Below the pieces are notes generated by a model that saw only the letters and a program-made list of their open reading frames with translations, ran no database searches and was not told the DNA's origin. From Octopus sinensis (taxonomy: Eukaryota), in assembly GCF_006345805.1 (NCBI RefSeq), contig NC_043011.1, positions 56,370,464 to 56,434,463 on the forward strand: a stretch of 64,000 bases of DNA. The letters are read 5' to 3'. A program made the translations under genes and the position numbers. Below, piece after piece: positions 1 through 11,887 of the stretch (its first letter is position 1; each line of letters starts with the position of its first letter).

Positions 1-1996
1 GTTTAGTCAAACAAATCAACCCCAGCATTTATTTTTCAAACTCTGATACTTATTTTATTAGTTTCTTTTGTTGAACCAGAGTTAGGGGAATGTAAACAAA
101 CCAACATCGTTGTCAAGTGATGGTAGAAGGACAAACACAAACATACATTCATACACATATATACAACAAGCTTCCACACAGTTTCTGTCTACCAAATTCA
201 CGAGGTATTGGTCAGCCTAAGGCTATGGTGGAAGACACTTACCCAAAATGCCATGCAGTGGAACTGAACCCTAAACAACATCGTTGCAAAGTGAACTTGT
301 AACATAGTGTTTTTGCTTTTTTTTAAATGTGAAAGAGATTAGACCCTACCTGGTTGGTGGGTGGGGAATGGCATGGTCAAAGACAGAATAGTTTTCATCA
401 GAGGATTGCTTGATCAGGGCTGACACCAAAGAGGTTTAACAACAACAACTTAGAACAACGTAGAGGAACAAACCAAATATTTCAAATCACTCAACTGTTT
501 CTGCCAAATTATCACCTTTCTCTCGTTAATATTGATTTCTTACTTTCAGAACAAGGCCATAAATTTAGCAGCAAAGGAAGAGACAAAATTTTATGACATT
601 CATGCTCTCCCTCAGACCATTATTGGTTTAAGTGCAGTGAAATAGTTATGTCTAGAACCAGAGGTCATAAATGGTTCTTTTATTAAGACTGATTGCTTTT
701 TTTTTACTTTCTTTCTTTTTTGCTTTGTTTTGTTTATTTTGGACAAGGCACAAAGCCAATTTTAAATAGGAATTGGTATAGTTCTTTGAGAGGTATAGCT
801 TGAGAGATGGTTTGCCATGAACAAGCCTAATGTTTTTACGATTATTATTAATAAGAGAAAATTAAGTAACAAATTTAGAAGAAGAAATTATCTCTTTCCC
901 ACTTTCCAAGGTGAACTGGTTTTATTCCTTCCCATTTGTCCATATTTGTTTGATTCTTAATAGCATATAATTTCACTGTTTTCCCCTTTGTTTTTGTAGA
1001 TAATGTCTGACAGGTGGCAACTAGTAAAGAGACAACAACACAAAAAACAAAAAACAAAAGAAAATGGCCCCTATTTGTTAGGCTGAAGTCTAGTGCCTGA
1101 CCTTTCAAGTAGCTATTATCACAGACACAATGAAGGCATTAATCTTTTCATTTCTCTTTAAATGTAATTATAGAAAATTAGTTAATTAGCCATCTTGTCG
1201 TATCCATTATGAAGATTGGATTATTAAAAGTTCAACATCTGCAGTATTTTTGTTGTATTACAGGGGCGAGTTAATATTGAAAAGCCAAATCGATCAGAGC
1301 TATGAAGAAGATAAGAAGGTAAATGGGGTAAAACCAGATCAAATGTTGAAGGAATTAAGAGATTAAACTAGACTGTCTTATGTATATATCTAAAGAAGAA
1401 TCACCAATGTTTCTACGAGCACAATGGAAAAAAAATCAATGAGAAAATCAATCAAAAGTTTTGTCATGTAGCACAGCCTTTACAGACATGGCTATTCTTC
1501 TTGTTAAGTGTTTCCTTAATGAATATCTAAATGTGTTTCCAGGTATTTAATTAGAGGCAAATAAAACCTATTAATATATTTCAGTGAAATCAAACAATCA
1601 GAAAACTATGTAAATACAATTAGGACTCTGTCTGGGAGTGCACAGAAGTGAGTCTGTTTTTAAGTGTGAATATGCAAATAGCAGAAACGCAAGTGTGCAG
1701 CGTTCCTTTCTTAAGACCAATGTAACGAGTGACACAAGTTTAACAAAGTGGAAAACAACGAATCACAAGACATTACAAGATTAATTGTTGATTTCTGTTG
1801 ACAGCTTTCAAAAATGGCTATACAGAATCAAATCAACCCTGCTTTATTACAGGTACTCATTTTATTAATTAGAATGACTGAAAAGCCCAGAAAGAAAAAG
1901 AGAAAGAAATTTTAACTCAGATCCACAGAAAGATGAAACTTATTATGATGCTTTTAGTCTACCATACTACATTGTCTACTACCTTATTAGTATACC

Positions 1997-2228
1997 TATT
2001 TCTTTACTACCCACAAGAGGCTAAACACAGAGGGGACAAACAAGGACAGACAAATGGATTAAGTAGATTACATCAACCCCACTTCGTAACTGGTACCTAT
2101 TTAATCGACCCCAAAAGGATGAAAGGCAAAGTCAACCTCGGCGGAATTTGAACTCAGAACATAAAGACAGACGAAATACTGCTAAGCATTTCACCCAGTG
2201 TGCTAATGATTCTGCCAGCTCACCGCCT
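1997..2228 (-). mobile_element. SINE family 1
   Basis: Reverse-complement match to 29238-29470 with CpG decay. Confidence 0.88.
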
Positions 2229-2496
2229 TATAGTATACTGTATAGTATACTACCTTATTAGTATACTGTTAAGACTAACTTCAGATCCCTCAATTTAGAG
2301 TGTAGTATGGTGAATCAAATGGACAAAGCTCATTTGTTTTACATCTGTTCTCCATGCTAGCATGGGTTAGAAGATTACATGTATTGTCTATACATATATA
2401 GATAAGACAGAGTATAGTTTAATCTCCTAATACCTTCAAGATTTCATCTAGTTTTATTCCATTTCCCTTCTTATCTTATTCATAACTATGATTGAA

Positions 2497-2610
2497 AGAG
2501 CAGGTAAGAAGGTATCAGAGCAGGTAAGAAAGTACAGGTGCAGGTAAGAAGGTATTGGAGCAGGTAAGAAGGTACTAGAGCAGGTAAGAAGGTATTGCAG
2601 CACGTAAGAA
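2497..2610 (+). repeat. 20-bp tandem repeat (GAGCAGGTAAGAAGGTAnnn), about 6 units
   Basis: Seen directly; it runs into a SINE family 2 head fragment. Confidence 0.9.
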
Positions 2611-2705
2611 AGCTTACTTCCTAACAATGTGGTTTCAGGTTCAGTCCTACGACACAGCATCTTCAACAAGTGCCTTCTACTATATATAACCTGAGGCTAT
2701 ATATA

Positions 2706-2754
<49 letters not shown>

Positions 2755-2985
2755 CCATGCTAGCATGGGTTGGACGGTTCAACTGGGATCTGTGAAGCCA
2801 GAAGGCTGCACCAGCCCCAGTCTGATCTGGCAGTGTTTCTACGGCTGGATGTATTATGTATGTATATATGCATGTATGTATGTATACCATCAGTGTTTGA
2901 TGCCCACTCTTCCATGTTTTTGTGAGTTGGACAGAATTTTTTAAAGAAGATTTTCTGTAGCCAGATGCATAGATAATTACAATTA

Positions 2986-3164
2986 CCATATTTTAACATG
3001 TATAAGGAACCCTCATGTATAAGCAACCCTCTAATTTTGAGGGCTTAAAATTTGGAAAAACGGTTTTGTAAGGGATTATAATACTATCCATATATAAGAA
3101 ACTCCCATATTTCTTTAAGCTAATTTTTGACAAAAAAGGGTTCCTCATACATGTTAAAATACGG
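2986..3164. mobile_element. pogo/Tigger-like MITE
   Basis: TA-flanked TIRs CC(a/g)TATTTTAACATGTAT(a/g)AGGAACCC. Confidence 0.8.
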
Positions 3165-3611
3165 TAATCAAAGCTCTTTAAGTCACTATCTTATATTTGT
3201 GAGAGCCTACCATATATGTATTTAGTATGTAGAATGCTCTCCTTTTGCTCAGCTGTTTCCGCAACCACAGGACTACAAAGCCAAACTTCCTAATTGTACA
3301 ACCCTGAGTAAGTATACTCTCTCTCTCATGCCCACACACAAACACAGTCAATTTATTCTGTAGAGCACCATAAATTTCCTCAGTTGAACTTGCCATTGGC
3401 TTTTGGTTTTGGTTCTGATTATGAATTGCTTTTGGTTACATATGTGTGCAACAGCCCACTTTACACCCAACCCTTTCTGATTAGGGCATCCAGCATCAGA
3501 TAAATACCTTCCTTGGTCATGAAGGGACATGACACCTAGCATAGGATCTAACAAATCTAAGGGAAGCTTTACAGGTGAAATATTATAAGAAGAAAAAATC
3601 TGAACTCTTAC

Positions 3612-3774
3612 TTTTGTCCCAGAAGTGAACGCTTGAGACTAGTTTTACCAACTCTGTCTTTACCGACCAACATAAGCCGTGTACGATAGACAGCCTCACT
3701 TCCTGAACAGCAGGCCTTCTCGTAGGCTTTGATAGCAGCCTCCCCTCGAACAAAGATTTCCTTAGGAGTATCAT
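3612..3774 (-). CDS. Coding exon 2 of NHR-Roc gene: start of Roc GTPase domain with P-loop
   Basis: Acceptor atattttag|AT and donor caaaa|GTAAGA. Read in phase 1, matching the NHR exon donor, it gives (D)DTPKEIFVRGEAAIKAYEKACCSGSEAVYRTRLMLVGKDRVGKTSLKRSLLGQK. This contains GxxxxGKTS and the PxEIxxRG / RLMLVG signature of Roc domains. The ORF track shows a different frame here. Confidence 0.88.
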
Positions 3775-4688
3775 CTAAAATATAATCATAGAAACAAAAA
3801 TTAGAAGATTAGAGAAATCTCAGGAAAAACAGTTGTACAAAACATACCCAACAACACAAAAACCACCACTGCTACCATTTCCAAATCCCAGTGATTCAGA
3901 AGATTGCTTTCCAACCATGTGGCTTCCAGTTCAGTTCCACTTTTTGGCACCTTGGGCATATGTCGTCTACTATAGCCCCAGATCAATCAATGCTTTGTGA
4001 GTGAATTTGGTAGACAGAAAGTATGTGAAAGCCTATCATACGTGTGTGTGTGTGGGGAGTGTCTTTGTGTTGGTCTTACTACCACATGACAACTGGTGTT
4101 GGTTTGTTTATATCCCCATGACTCAGCAGTTTACCAGGAACCCGACAGAACAAGTACCAGATTCCAAAAATAAGTACTGAGATTCATTTGTTCAATGAAA
4201 CCCTTAAAGGCAGTGCTCCAGATTGGCCAGTCTAATGACTGAAACAAGTAAAAGATAAAAGAATAAAAGGGCCTGGTACTTAATTCTGGTCTCCAATAAT
4301 ATTTAGTAGGAGAGAGATGAACAACCTCCTGAAGGGCAACATGGTCTGTTGTAACTAGTTTTTCCTATCAGAAGGAATTAAACATAACATGTCAGAACAA
4401 CAAAATACACATCAATTTCAAAGTTCTTTGCCAACAGCAATGAAACATATCATTCATTGCACTGCTATACTCATGGTCATTGACAGTTAAGTATGTCGCC
4501 CTATGTCACAATGAAATATTAAAAGGACAAACACTGAAATCAGGTCCTTCCAAAGAAATATTTCTTTGTACATTTTAGTATTGGTTTAACAGTCACCAGT
4601 TGAATACTACTTTCTCTTCACCTATTGTGAACTTCTGTAATAATTTCTTGATGTAAATCCCTCAGTCATATCCTATACGTTTCTCTTA

Positions 4689-4984
4689 CTGTTGTTGTTT
4701 GTTCCTCCTCGAGCCATGCCTGGCTCATAAGGGCCAGTTTCCAGGTTTCCTTGGCGTATAGGTTCCACACCTGGACGGGACACCAGTCCGTCGCAGGTGA
4801 GCTGCAAGATGCAGGAGGAAAGAGTGAGAGAAAGTTGTGGCGAAAGAGTCAGCAGAAGTTCGCCTTAACCTTCTGCCAGATCCGCGTGGAGCTTAGGTGT
4901 TTTCGCTCATAAACACACACATCACCTGGTCTGAGATTCAAACCCGTGAGTCCGCTGCTCTAACCACTAGGTCATGTGCCTACT
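4689..4984 (-). mobile_element. SINE sharing head and 5' body with family 3 but with a different 3' half
   Basis: Shared GCAGCGGACTC..GAGCGAAAACACCTAA..GCTCCACG; (AAC)n tail. Confidence 0.75.
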
Positions 4985-5634
4985 AGTTGAGATAGGACTG
5001 ACAAGATATGATATTAAACTAAATCTTATTTGCCATTTATTCTATGACCTTGTATTTTTTCAAGGCCTCCCAGGCTGATGGGAAGAAGAGACAAAGTTAT
5101 CCTCAAACTGGTCCAAATGCTTGCAACAGAATGAGGTCTGCTTACAGAATCCAACAACCAATACAAAACAATTACAAGTTTTTTTGTTGTGTTCCTACAA
5201 AAGATGGTTTATCTGTAACTTTAACACACCAAAATGATCTGAAGAGCAATGATCATCAGATCATCGGAAAAGTTACCCTAAATGTAGAACAGTTTTTTTT
5301 ACAGGGGAAGAATTTTGACTTTTATCTGCTTAACCCTATAAAACTAGACCCAAATAATGGCTCTTAAAAACTTAGCAGAGGAGGCTGAACCATTGAGGGG
5401 AGGGGGACAACAAGATAGCTGAGACAGCAAGGAGGATCTATAAGCCAGTGGTTGAATCAAGCCTCGGGGGGGCTATGTGACCCAATAGCTGAGCCACAAG
5501 CTGGCAGGGGAGTTTCTATGTGCTGACAAATTGTACCAAAACAGCAGCAAAATCTTCATAAAGACAAGCAAACTGAATATGGCCCCAGATATAGTGAATC
5601 TGAACAAAAAGTATGAGGTAGTTGTGGCTGAAAT

Positions 5635-5856
5635 TGTTTCTTTATTGCCCACAAGGGGCTAAGCATAGAGGGGACAAACAAGGACAGACAAAGAGATTAA
5701 GTCAATTACATCGACCCCCAATGCGTAACTGGTACTTAATTTATCGACCCCGAAAGGATGAAAGGCAAAGTCGACCTCGGCGGAATTTGAACTCAGAACG
5801 TAACGGCAGACGAAATATGGCTACGCATTTCGCCCGGCGTGCTAACGTTTCTGCCA
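5635..5856 (-). mobile_element. SINE family 1 with 11-bp TSD
   Basis: TSD GTGGCTGAAAT at 5624 and 5857. Confidence 0.9.
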
Positions 5857-7639
5857 GTGGCTGAAATGCTTTTGACTGTAATCTGCTCAATCAAGGCAGG
5901 TCTGGAGATTAAACAAATATGGACAAGTGGACAGTAAATGATGATGATGATGATGGTGATATATATCTGGAGAGAGAGAAACACACACAGACAGACGTTT
6001 GTTTTCATTAACTACGGATAATATTTTCTAAACCTGTGATAACATAATCTCAATATGTTGTACATACAGTAGTGTGAAACGACTATCAGGCTGGCAACCA
6101 GATCAGCAGCTGTACAAAATAAATACATTGGCATCAGCAGTGGATGCGGCAAGGCCATCACTATCATCATCACCATCATCACCATCATCATCCTTCTATG
6201 ATAAAGGCAAGTTCTTCACTGAGCCAAGAGAAGGTTCTCCTCTTCTTACTCTCTTTCACCAGCCTTCAACACTAATCTATTTCAGTGTTTCCTACTTTTT
6301 GCCATTTTTGTCACTATTTCACACCAGACCAGTCTAGATCAGGCAGGTCTATGATCAAAGATATTATCATTGCAATTTCACATAATATGGAAGACTATAT
6401 TATCAGATGAGACTTCCCTTTACTTTCCCCTTTTTTTTCTCAAGTGTGATTTGGCTGCTATTTCTAGCATGCTGAGTGACTACATAAAGACTCTATCATT
6501 TAGCACGATTTGGTAAAAAGATGAGAGGCCAGTATTTATTACTCTGGACTTTTTATCAGGGTAATCCTTTGTTAATGGTAAACAAAATATTAACGATCTA
6601 ACCTCTATAATTAGTAAGACCAAAATTTTAAAATTTTTGGTTTTACAAACTTTACTGACAATTATGCTTGTAAATCAAATCGATGATAAATTAGATTTTT
6701 AGAACATCCAGGTGAAAAACAAGTAATTTCTTGAAAAGAATATTTAGATTAACTTGAGCAATTAAATTTTAAAGAAAATAAATTAAACTAAGAGGCAATA
6801 TTAAAATTATTTGTTTTTTCATAATTGCTTTGCTAAAGACACACAGATTATTTTATCGTTTAACAATTCACCGGAAGTTGCAGGTTAAAAAAAAAAAAGA
6901 ATTTAAATTACTAGTTTTATTGAAAACAAATTTTCAAAGAAGAGATTGGGTTAAAGAACTGATTTCATCATAATGAATTAATGATTAATTAAGCAATGAT
7001 GTTAACCTGTTGAGTCACTGGGATATCACGAACAATTTGTTCATTAAAGTTTATCTAAAGCAAAACAGCTGGCGGAACCCAGCATTTCCACCAAGCTTTA
7101 CTCATAGCAACATTTGAACAATACTTTAAAAAAATATAGGAAATAATTAATAAATTAACGAAATCATATTAGCGCAAACTTAAGGAAACAGTTGCAACAC
7201 TGGCTGCCATCATCGTTATCCTCACCACCGCTAATATTGAAGTCGAGGGAACTCCTTTTCTAGAAGAATAATTCTAATACAATCTGCTAGAAGTAAGAGC
7301 TAAATCTCTCTCAAATCACATCCTATTGTCTTTAATATCTTTAAAGATAGAAAAAACATTGGAAAATGTAGTCGAAAATATGGCATATCTGCAAATTAGA
7401 AAACAAGATGGCTATAAACTGGAATGCCTTGAATAACAGGTCGGCACCATAAAGATTGGCCCAGGCTAAACGCAAACAACAACCCCTTGCTTGTCATCCA
7501 GCCACTTCCCCACCCTGCCACCGCCACTACTCTCATCACCAGTTTTATGCCTGTTTACAAAGCTAGCTGGGTAAGTCTACCCTCAATAGCATCTCTTCTC
7601 CACTCATCTTCATTCTGTGTAATCTCTGCTGGGCAGCAT

Positions 7640-7828
7640 CATATAGGGAGAGTTTACGAAAAAAACAAAAGACGAAGACAGGTGGTGTACAAAACAAACA
7701 GATGTATTAGTATAATGCTTAGGAACAGAAAAAGTCTTTAACGTTTCGAGCCTACGCTCTTCTACAGAAAGGGACACAGAAAAAACAAGGAGAGAAAAAA
7801 ATGTGTGTAGTGGCTAACAATTATCATA
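7640..7828 (-). mobile_element. Penelope-like pLTR fragment with hammerhead-like motif (7736-7772)
   Basis: Minus strand reads CTTT-CTGTAGA-A-GAGC-GTAG-GCTC-GAAA-CGTT-AAAG. The architecture is that of a minimal hammerhead, but the core is CTGTAGA instead of CTGANGA. Boundaries approximate. Confidence 0.55.
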
Positions 7829-8234
7829 CAAACATCACTCCATGCCTAGCTCTCTCTACATCATCTGCTTATTCTGTCCATGGATCACTGAGATACAACC
7901 TCATACATGGTGCACAGGCTTAATCCTGTAATGCCTAAATTATCAATATACAGATAAAAACAAATTATTTATTGGTGTTTTGCAATTTATTTAAGGGTAT
8001 GGAGTATGATTGATGTAAAACATTGAATTTTATTTCAGATGTACGTATATAAATTCTTCAACTGGTGAATAATTTCATACCAACACTGACCAAATATTAC
8101 AATTGTTTGCATGCAATAATGTTGTTCAACTGCAAATAATTATTACAAACTATCAATTTTGTCGTTTTCTTCCAATAAGAGTATACTACTTGAAGCAGCA
8201 AGAATTAACAATATGCATTTTAAGATTAATAACT

Positions 8235-8606
8235 AGACCCGTTGAGGCAAGTGAAATCGAAATCGATCAAAAAATCAATGGAAATTGCAGTTGTGATACC
8301 AGTGCCAGTGGCACGTAAAGGAACCATCCGAACGTGGCCGTTGCCAGCGTCACCTCGACTGGCCTCTATGCTGGTGGCACATAGAAAGCACCAACTGATC
8401 ATGGCCGTTGCCAGCCTCGCCTGGCATGTAAAAAGCACCCGCTACACTCACGGAGTGGTTGGCATTAGGAAGGGCATCCAGCTGTAGAAACACTGCCAGA
8501 TCAGACTGGGCCTGGTGCAGCCTCCTGGCTTCCCAGACCCCAGTAGAACCGTCCATCCCATGCTAGCATGGAAAGTGGACGTTAAATGATGATGATGATG
8601 ATGATG
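8235..8606 (+). mobile_element. RTE LINE 3'UTR fragment
   Basis: Matches the 3'UTR at 52440-52920: GTGCCAGTGGCACGTAAA units, GGAAGGGCATCCAGCTGTAGAAA and (ATG)n tail. Confidence 0.85.
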
Positions 8607-8936
8607 GCATTCACAGAGGAAAACATTTGGTTCCAAACAGAGACAAATAGTTCCAGCAATTTTCCCTGCTTCAGTTATATTCGCATTGCTTGTTCTTCCG
8701 GCTCCTAATTACAAAATATGTCACCCAGATATCAGAGATTAATGTTGAGATTCAGTGATATGAAAAATTCACATCAGTATCAAATGCTTGCAGTGATGTG
8801 AAGTCTGCAAAAATACTTACTGGGTGGTGGTAGTGACGGTGGTGGTGGTGGTGGTGGCAGTAATGGTGGTGGTGTTAGTGATGGTGGTGGTGGTGGCAGT
8901 GGTGGTGGTGATGGTGGTGGTGGTGATGGTATTCAT

Positions 8937-9172
8937 GGCGGCGAGCTGGCAGAAACGTTAGCACGCTGGGTGAAATGCTTAGCGGTATTTCGTCTGCGTT
9001 ACGTTGTGAGTTCGAATTCCGCCGAGGTCGACTTTGCCTTTCATCCTTTCGGGGTCGATAAATTAAGTACCAGTTACGCACTGGGGTCAATGTAATCGAC
9101 TTAATACCTATGTCTGTCCTTGTTTGTCCCTTCTGTGTTTAGCCCCTTGTGGGTAATAAAGAAATAGAAATA
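8937..9172 (+). mobile_element. SINE family 1 inserted in a (GGT)n tract
   Basis: Full-length match to the family. Confidence 0.9.
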
Positions 9173-9590
9173 GGTGGTGGTATTTAATCCCAAGATGGAC
9201 TTGATTAAGTAAACCTAGCTTTAATCATTTACTTTTTACCTGCTTTAGTTACTGGACTGTGGCCATGCTGGGGCACCATCTAGAAGGGTTTAGCTGAACA
9301 AATTGTTCCTCAGCACTTTTTGTTTAAAACTTGGCATTTATTCTACTGGTCTTCTTTGTTGGACTGCTAAGTTAAGGGAACATAAACAAACCAACACCAG
9401 TTGTCAAGGGATGGTGGTGGAACAAACATAGACACAAAGATACATATGTACACATATATATCACAGGCTTCTACACAGTTTCCATCTAACAAATTCACTC
9501 ACAAGGCATTGGTCACCTTAGGGCTATATAAAAGCGTCACACAATGGGACTGAACTCCAAACTATGTGCTTGCAAAGACACTTCCTAACC

Positions 9591-9795
9591 TATTTCTTTA
9601 CTGCCCACAAGGGGCTACACACAGAGGGGACAAACAAGGACAGACAAACGGATTAAGTCGATTATATCAACCCCAGTGCATAACTGGTACTTAAATTATC
9701 GACCCCGGCGGAATTTGAACTCAGAACGTAACGGCAGACGAAATACGGCTACGCATTTCGCCCGGCATGCTAATGTTTCTGCCAGCTCGTCGCCT
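9591..9795 (-). mobile_element. SINE family 1 (internal deletion), TSD TTCCTAACC
   Basis: Matches the family; flanking direct repeat. Confidence 0.85.
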
Positions 9796-11418
9796 TTCCT
9801 AACCACAAAGCTATACCTGTGCCTGACTTTCATTATAGGAGGCCTTCTAAATGTAACGAGGGTCCATAATTAATGCAGAGTTATTCAGTCGTTTCTGTAT
9901 GGATGCAAAGTGATAAAAACGGAATTTTATGAAGATTCCATTTTGGGGAATGAAAGCATTTCATTTCCTTCATTTCGGTCAGTTCTATCTCCTGTAATCA
10001 TTGCATGTCTTAATGTTGGATATGCACATAGTCCTAAACTAGATTTGAACTCCTCGTAACCTTTGTTTATAAGCTCAGAGATACAATGTTCCTATCCACT
10101 GGACGTAGTGGACGGTGTTTTTTATCCAAGTTTATGTTCCTAATTTGGAACTGAGTGCACATGTGGAGTGAGAATGTGTGTTTAGTGCTAAGATGTTGAG
10201 CTCATGATCAGAAGGTTGTCAGTTCTATTCTTGCACTAAGCAACATTTTATGTCTTTGAGTAAGGTACTTCATTTTAAAGTACTCAGTAAAAAATGAGTA
10301 CCAATGAAGTGCTGGGATAGTCCTGGGACAAGGGTGGGAGGACTGAGACAGTGCCTATGTCTGTTCACATTGGCATAGATACATAAAACAAGAAGTGAAA
10401 ACATGATACACACTTCTACCAAGTGATGAATCCTCTGAGTAATGGTCATAGCAATTAGTACTCATCAAGGAGTAAGACACCTGATGAGACAGGTGGAGAC
10501 TGATTAAAATCTAGACTGAAAAATTGTTCATCTATAAAGATGAAGCAAATAATCTGAAAAAATTATAGAGGCTATTAAAAAGAGAATATCTCATGCATTT
10601 TGACATTTAAAGAAAACTTTCTGTATTTACCAGAATCTAAGACATGCTCTTGCATGAGATGCACCCCTATCTTTTCAAGAATATTTTGTGGAAAAAACAA
10701 ATTCAGTATGTTTTATAATACACACTTATTGAAAGATATTTTAAACTGGTTTTTCAAAGAAAATGTGTGATTCTGTGAATGTAAGTAAAATGTGACAATA
10801 TACTGGAATAAAATATGAAACCATGAATTTATCAGAAATACACTACGTTACAGGAGCACCATATTTCAACTTTGTCTTTTTTTCAGTTCAACTGTATGGT
10901 TGTTTATGTTTTGGTCGAGAGAATTGCCATACAAGATGTAAAACTCTTATTTTTGGCTGTGATGTTTTGTGTAGCCATTATTGGCCATCAGGGGTGGCAC
11001 ATCACCACTGCTATGACTTTGTTGTCATCCACCCACTGCAAATAGCCGACAAGCACATGGGAGTTTGTTAACATTCCTTTCATCTTTCTAAGGAAATTTT
11101 TCATTAAGATAATTAAAGAAATATTTCTTAAAGGCAAAAACCAGTCATTAAATAATGAAAGATATATATCAGGTGTGGATTATGTATGCTGGGCAAGAAG
11201 GTATAACGAGATGATGTGACTTCCCTACATAACATCCAGCATACTGTAAACAATTTTTTGTTAGTTTGAGTAAACATTTTGTGGTAATTTGGCTTGTTAA
11301 CAATATTTTATCAGTTCTTCTGATACATTCAAAATAAAATTTTAAAAACCACACATTTTATAGGCCAATAAATATAGTAAATTTGTATTTGTGCAATCAG
11401 AAAATGAAAGTTAATTAC

Positions 11419-11887
11419 CTGTAATAACCAATTTGACAGCTGATGTATTTCCATAGAGGTCAAGCAGGAACCACAATTGGAGGTGTGTTGGAATTCCATT
11501 CAGCAGAACACCGATGTAGTGATTGTTGACAAACAGTTGAAGCTCTCCGATGGAATTCACATAAAATGTTATGATGTGATAAGAAACAGCAAACTTTTCG
11601 TTCACTAAACGTGCCCAGTATCCTTCCTGTTTAACCAGATCAGGATAAAGGTAACGTGGTAATGTGTGCTGTTCAAGGAAACACTGTGGGTCATTGGATG
11701 TAACTCCTATTCGTAAGGCCCCTTTCCAAGTCGTAATGCAAGTCATCTGGAGAGAGATCCGAACACCAATTTTCAGAGGTTGGTCACCAAATACAATACC
11801 ATCACAGAAGTGCTTTTCATCTCGGTTAGCATGTAGCCGATTGTTGGACAAAGTGACAGCTGACCCATGCACATGATGAAATCGCAT
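11419..11887 (-). CDS. Coding exon 1 of NHR-Roc (ROCO-like) gene: Neuralized homology repeat domain
   Basis: Translation MRFHHVHGSAVTLSNNRLHANRDEKHFCDGIVFGDQPL...WKGALRIGVTSNDP...LPRYLYPDL...GYWAR...LWFLLDLYGNTSAVKLV carries the typical NHR motifs. ATG is in accATG context at 11887. Acceptor ttgttgtag|G at 11991 gives a 5'UTR of 11991-11888. Phase-1 donor acag|GTAATT at 11418. Confidence 0.92.

Noticed and set aside
875-1020. Possible next exon of the NHR-Roc gene (acceptor at 1021)
   Set aside because: The required phase-2 frame hits a stop after about 20 codons and shows no Roc similarity.
3583-3774. ORF-track protein MILLRKSLFEGR...
   Set aside because: Wrong frame. The spliced phase-1 frame encodes the Roc P-loop.
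10848-11088. Possible RING exon after the NHR exon
   Set aside because: All frames close early and there is no RING Cys/His pattern.
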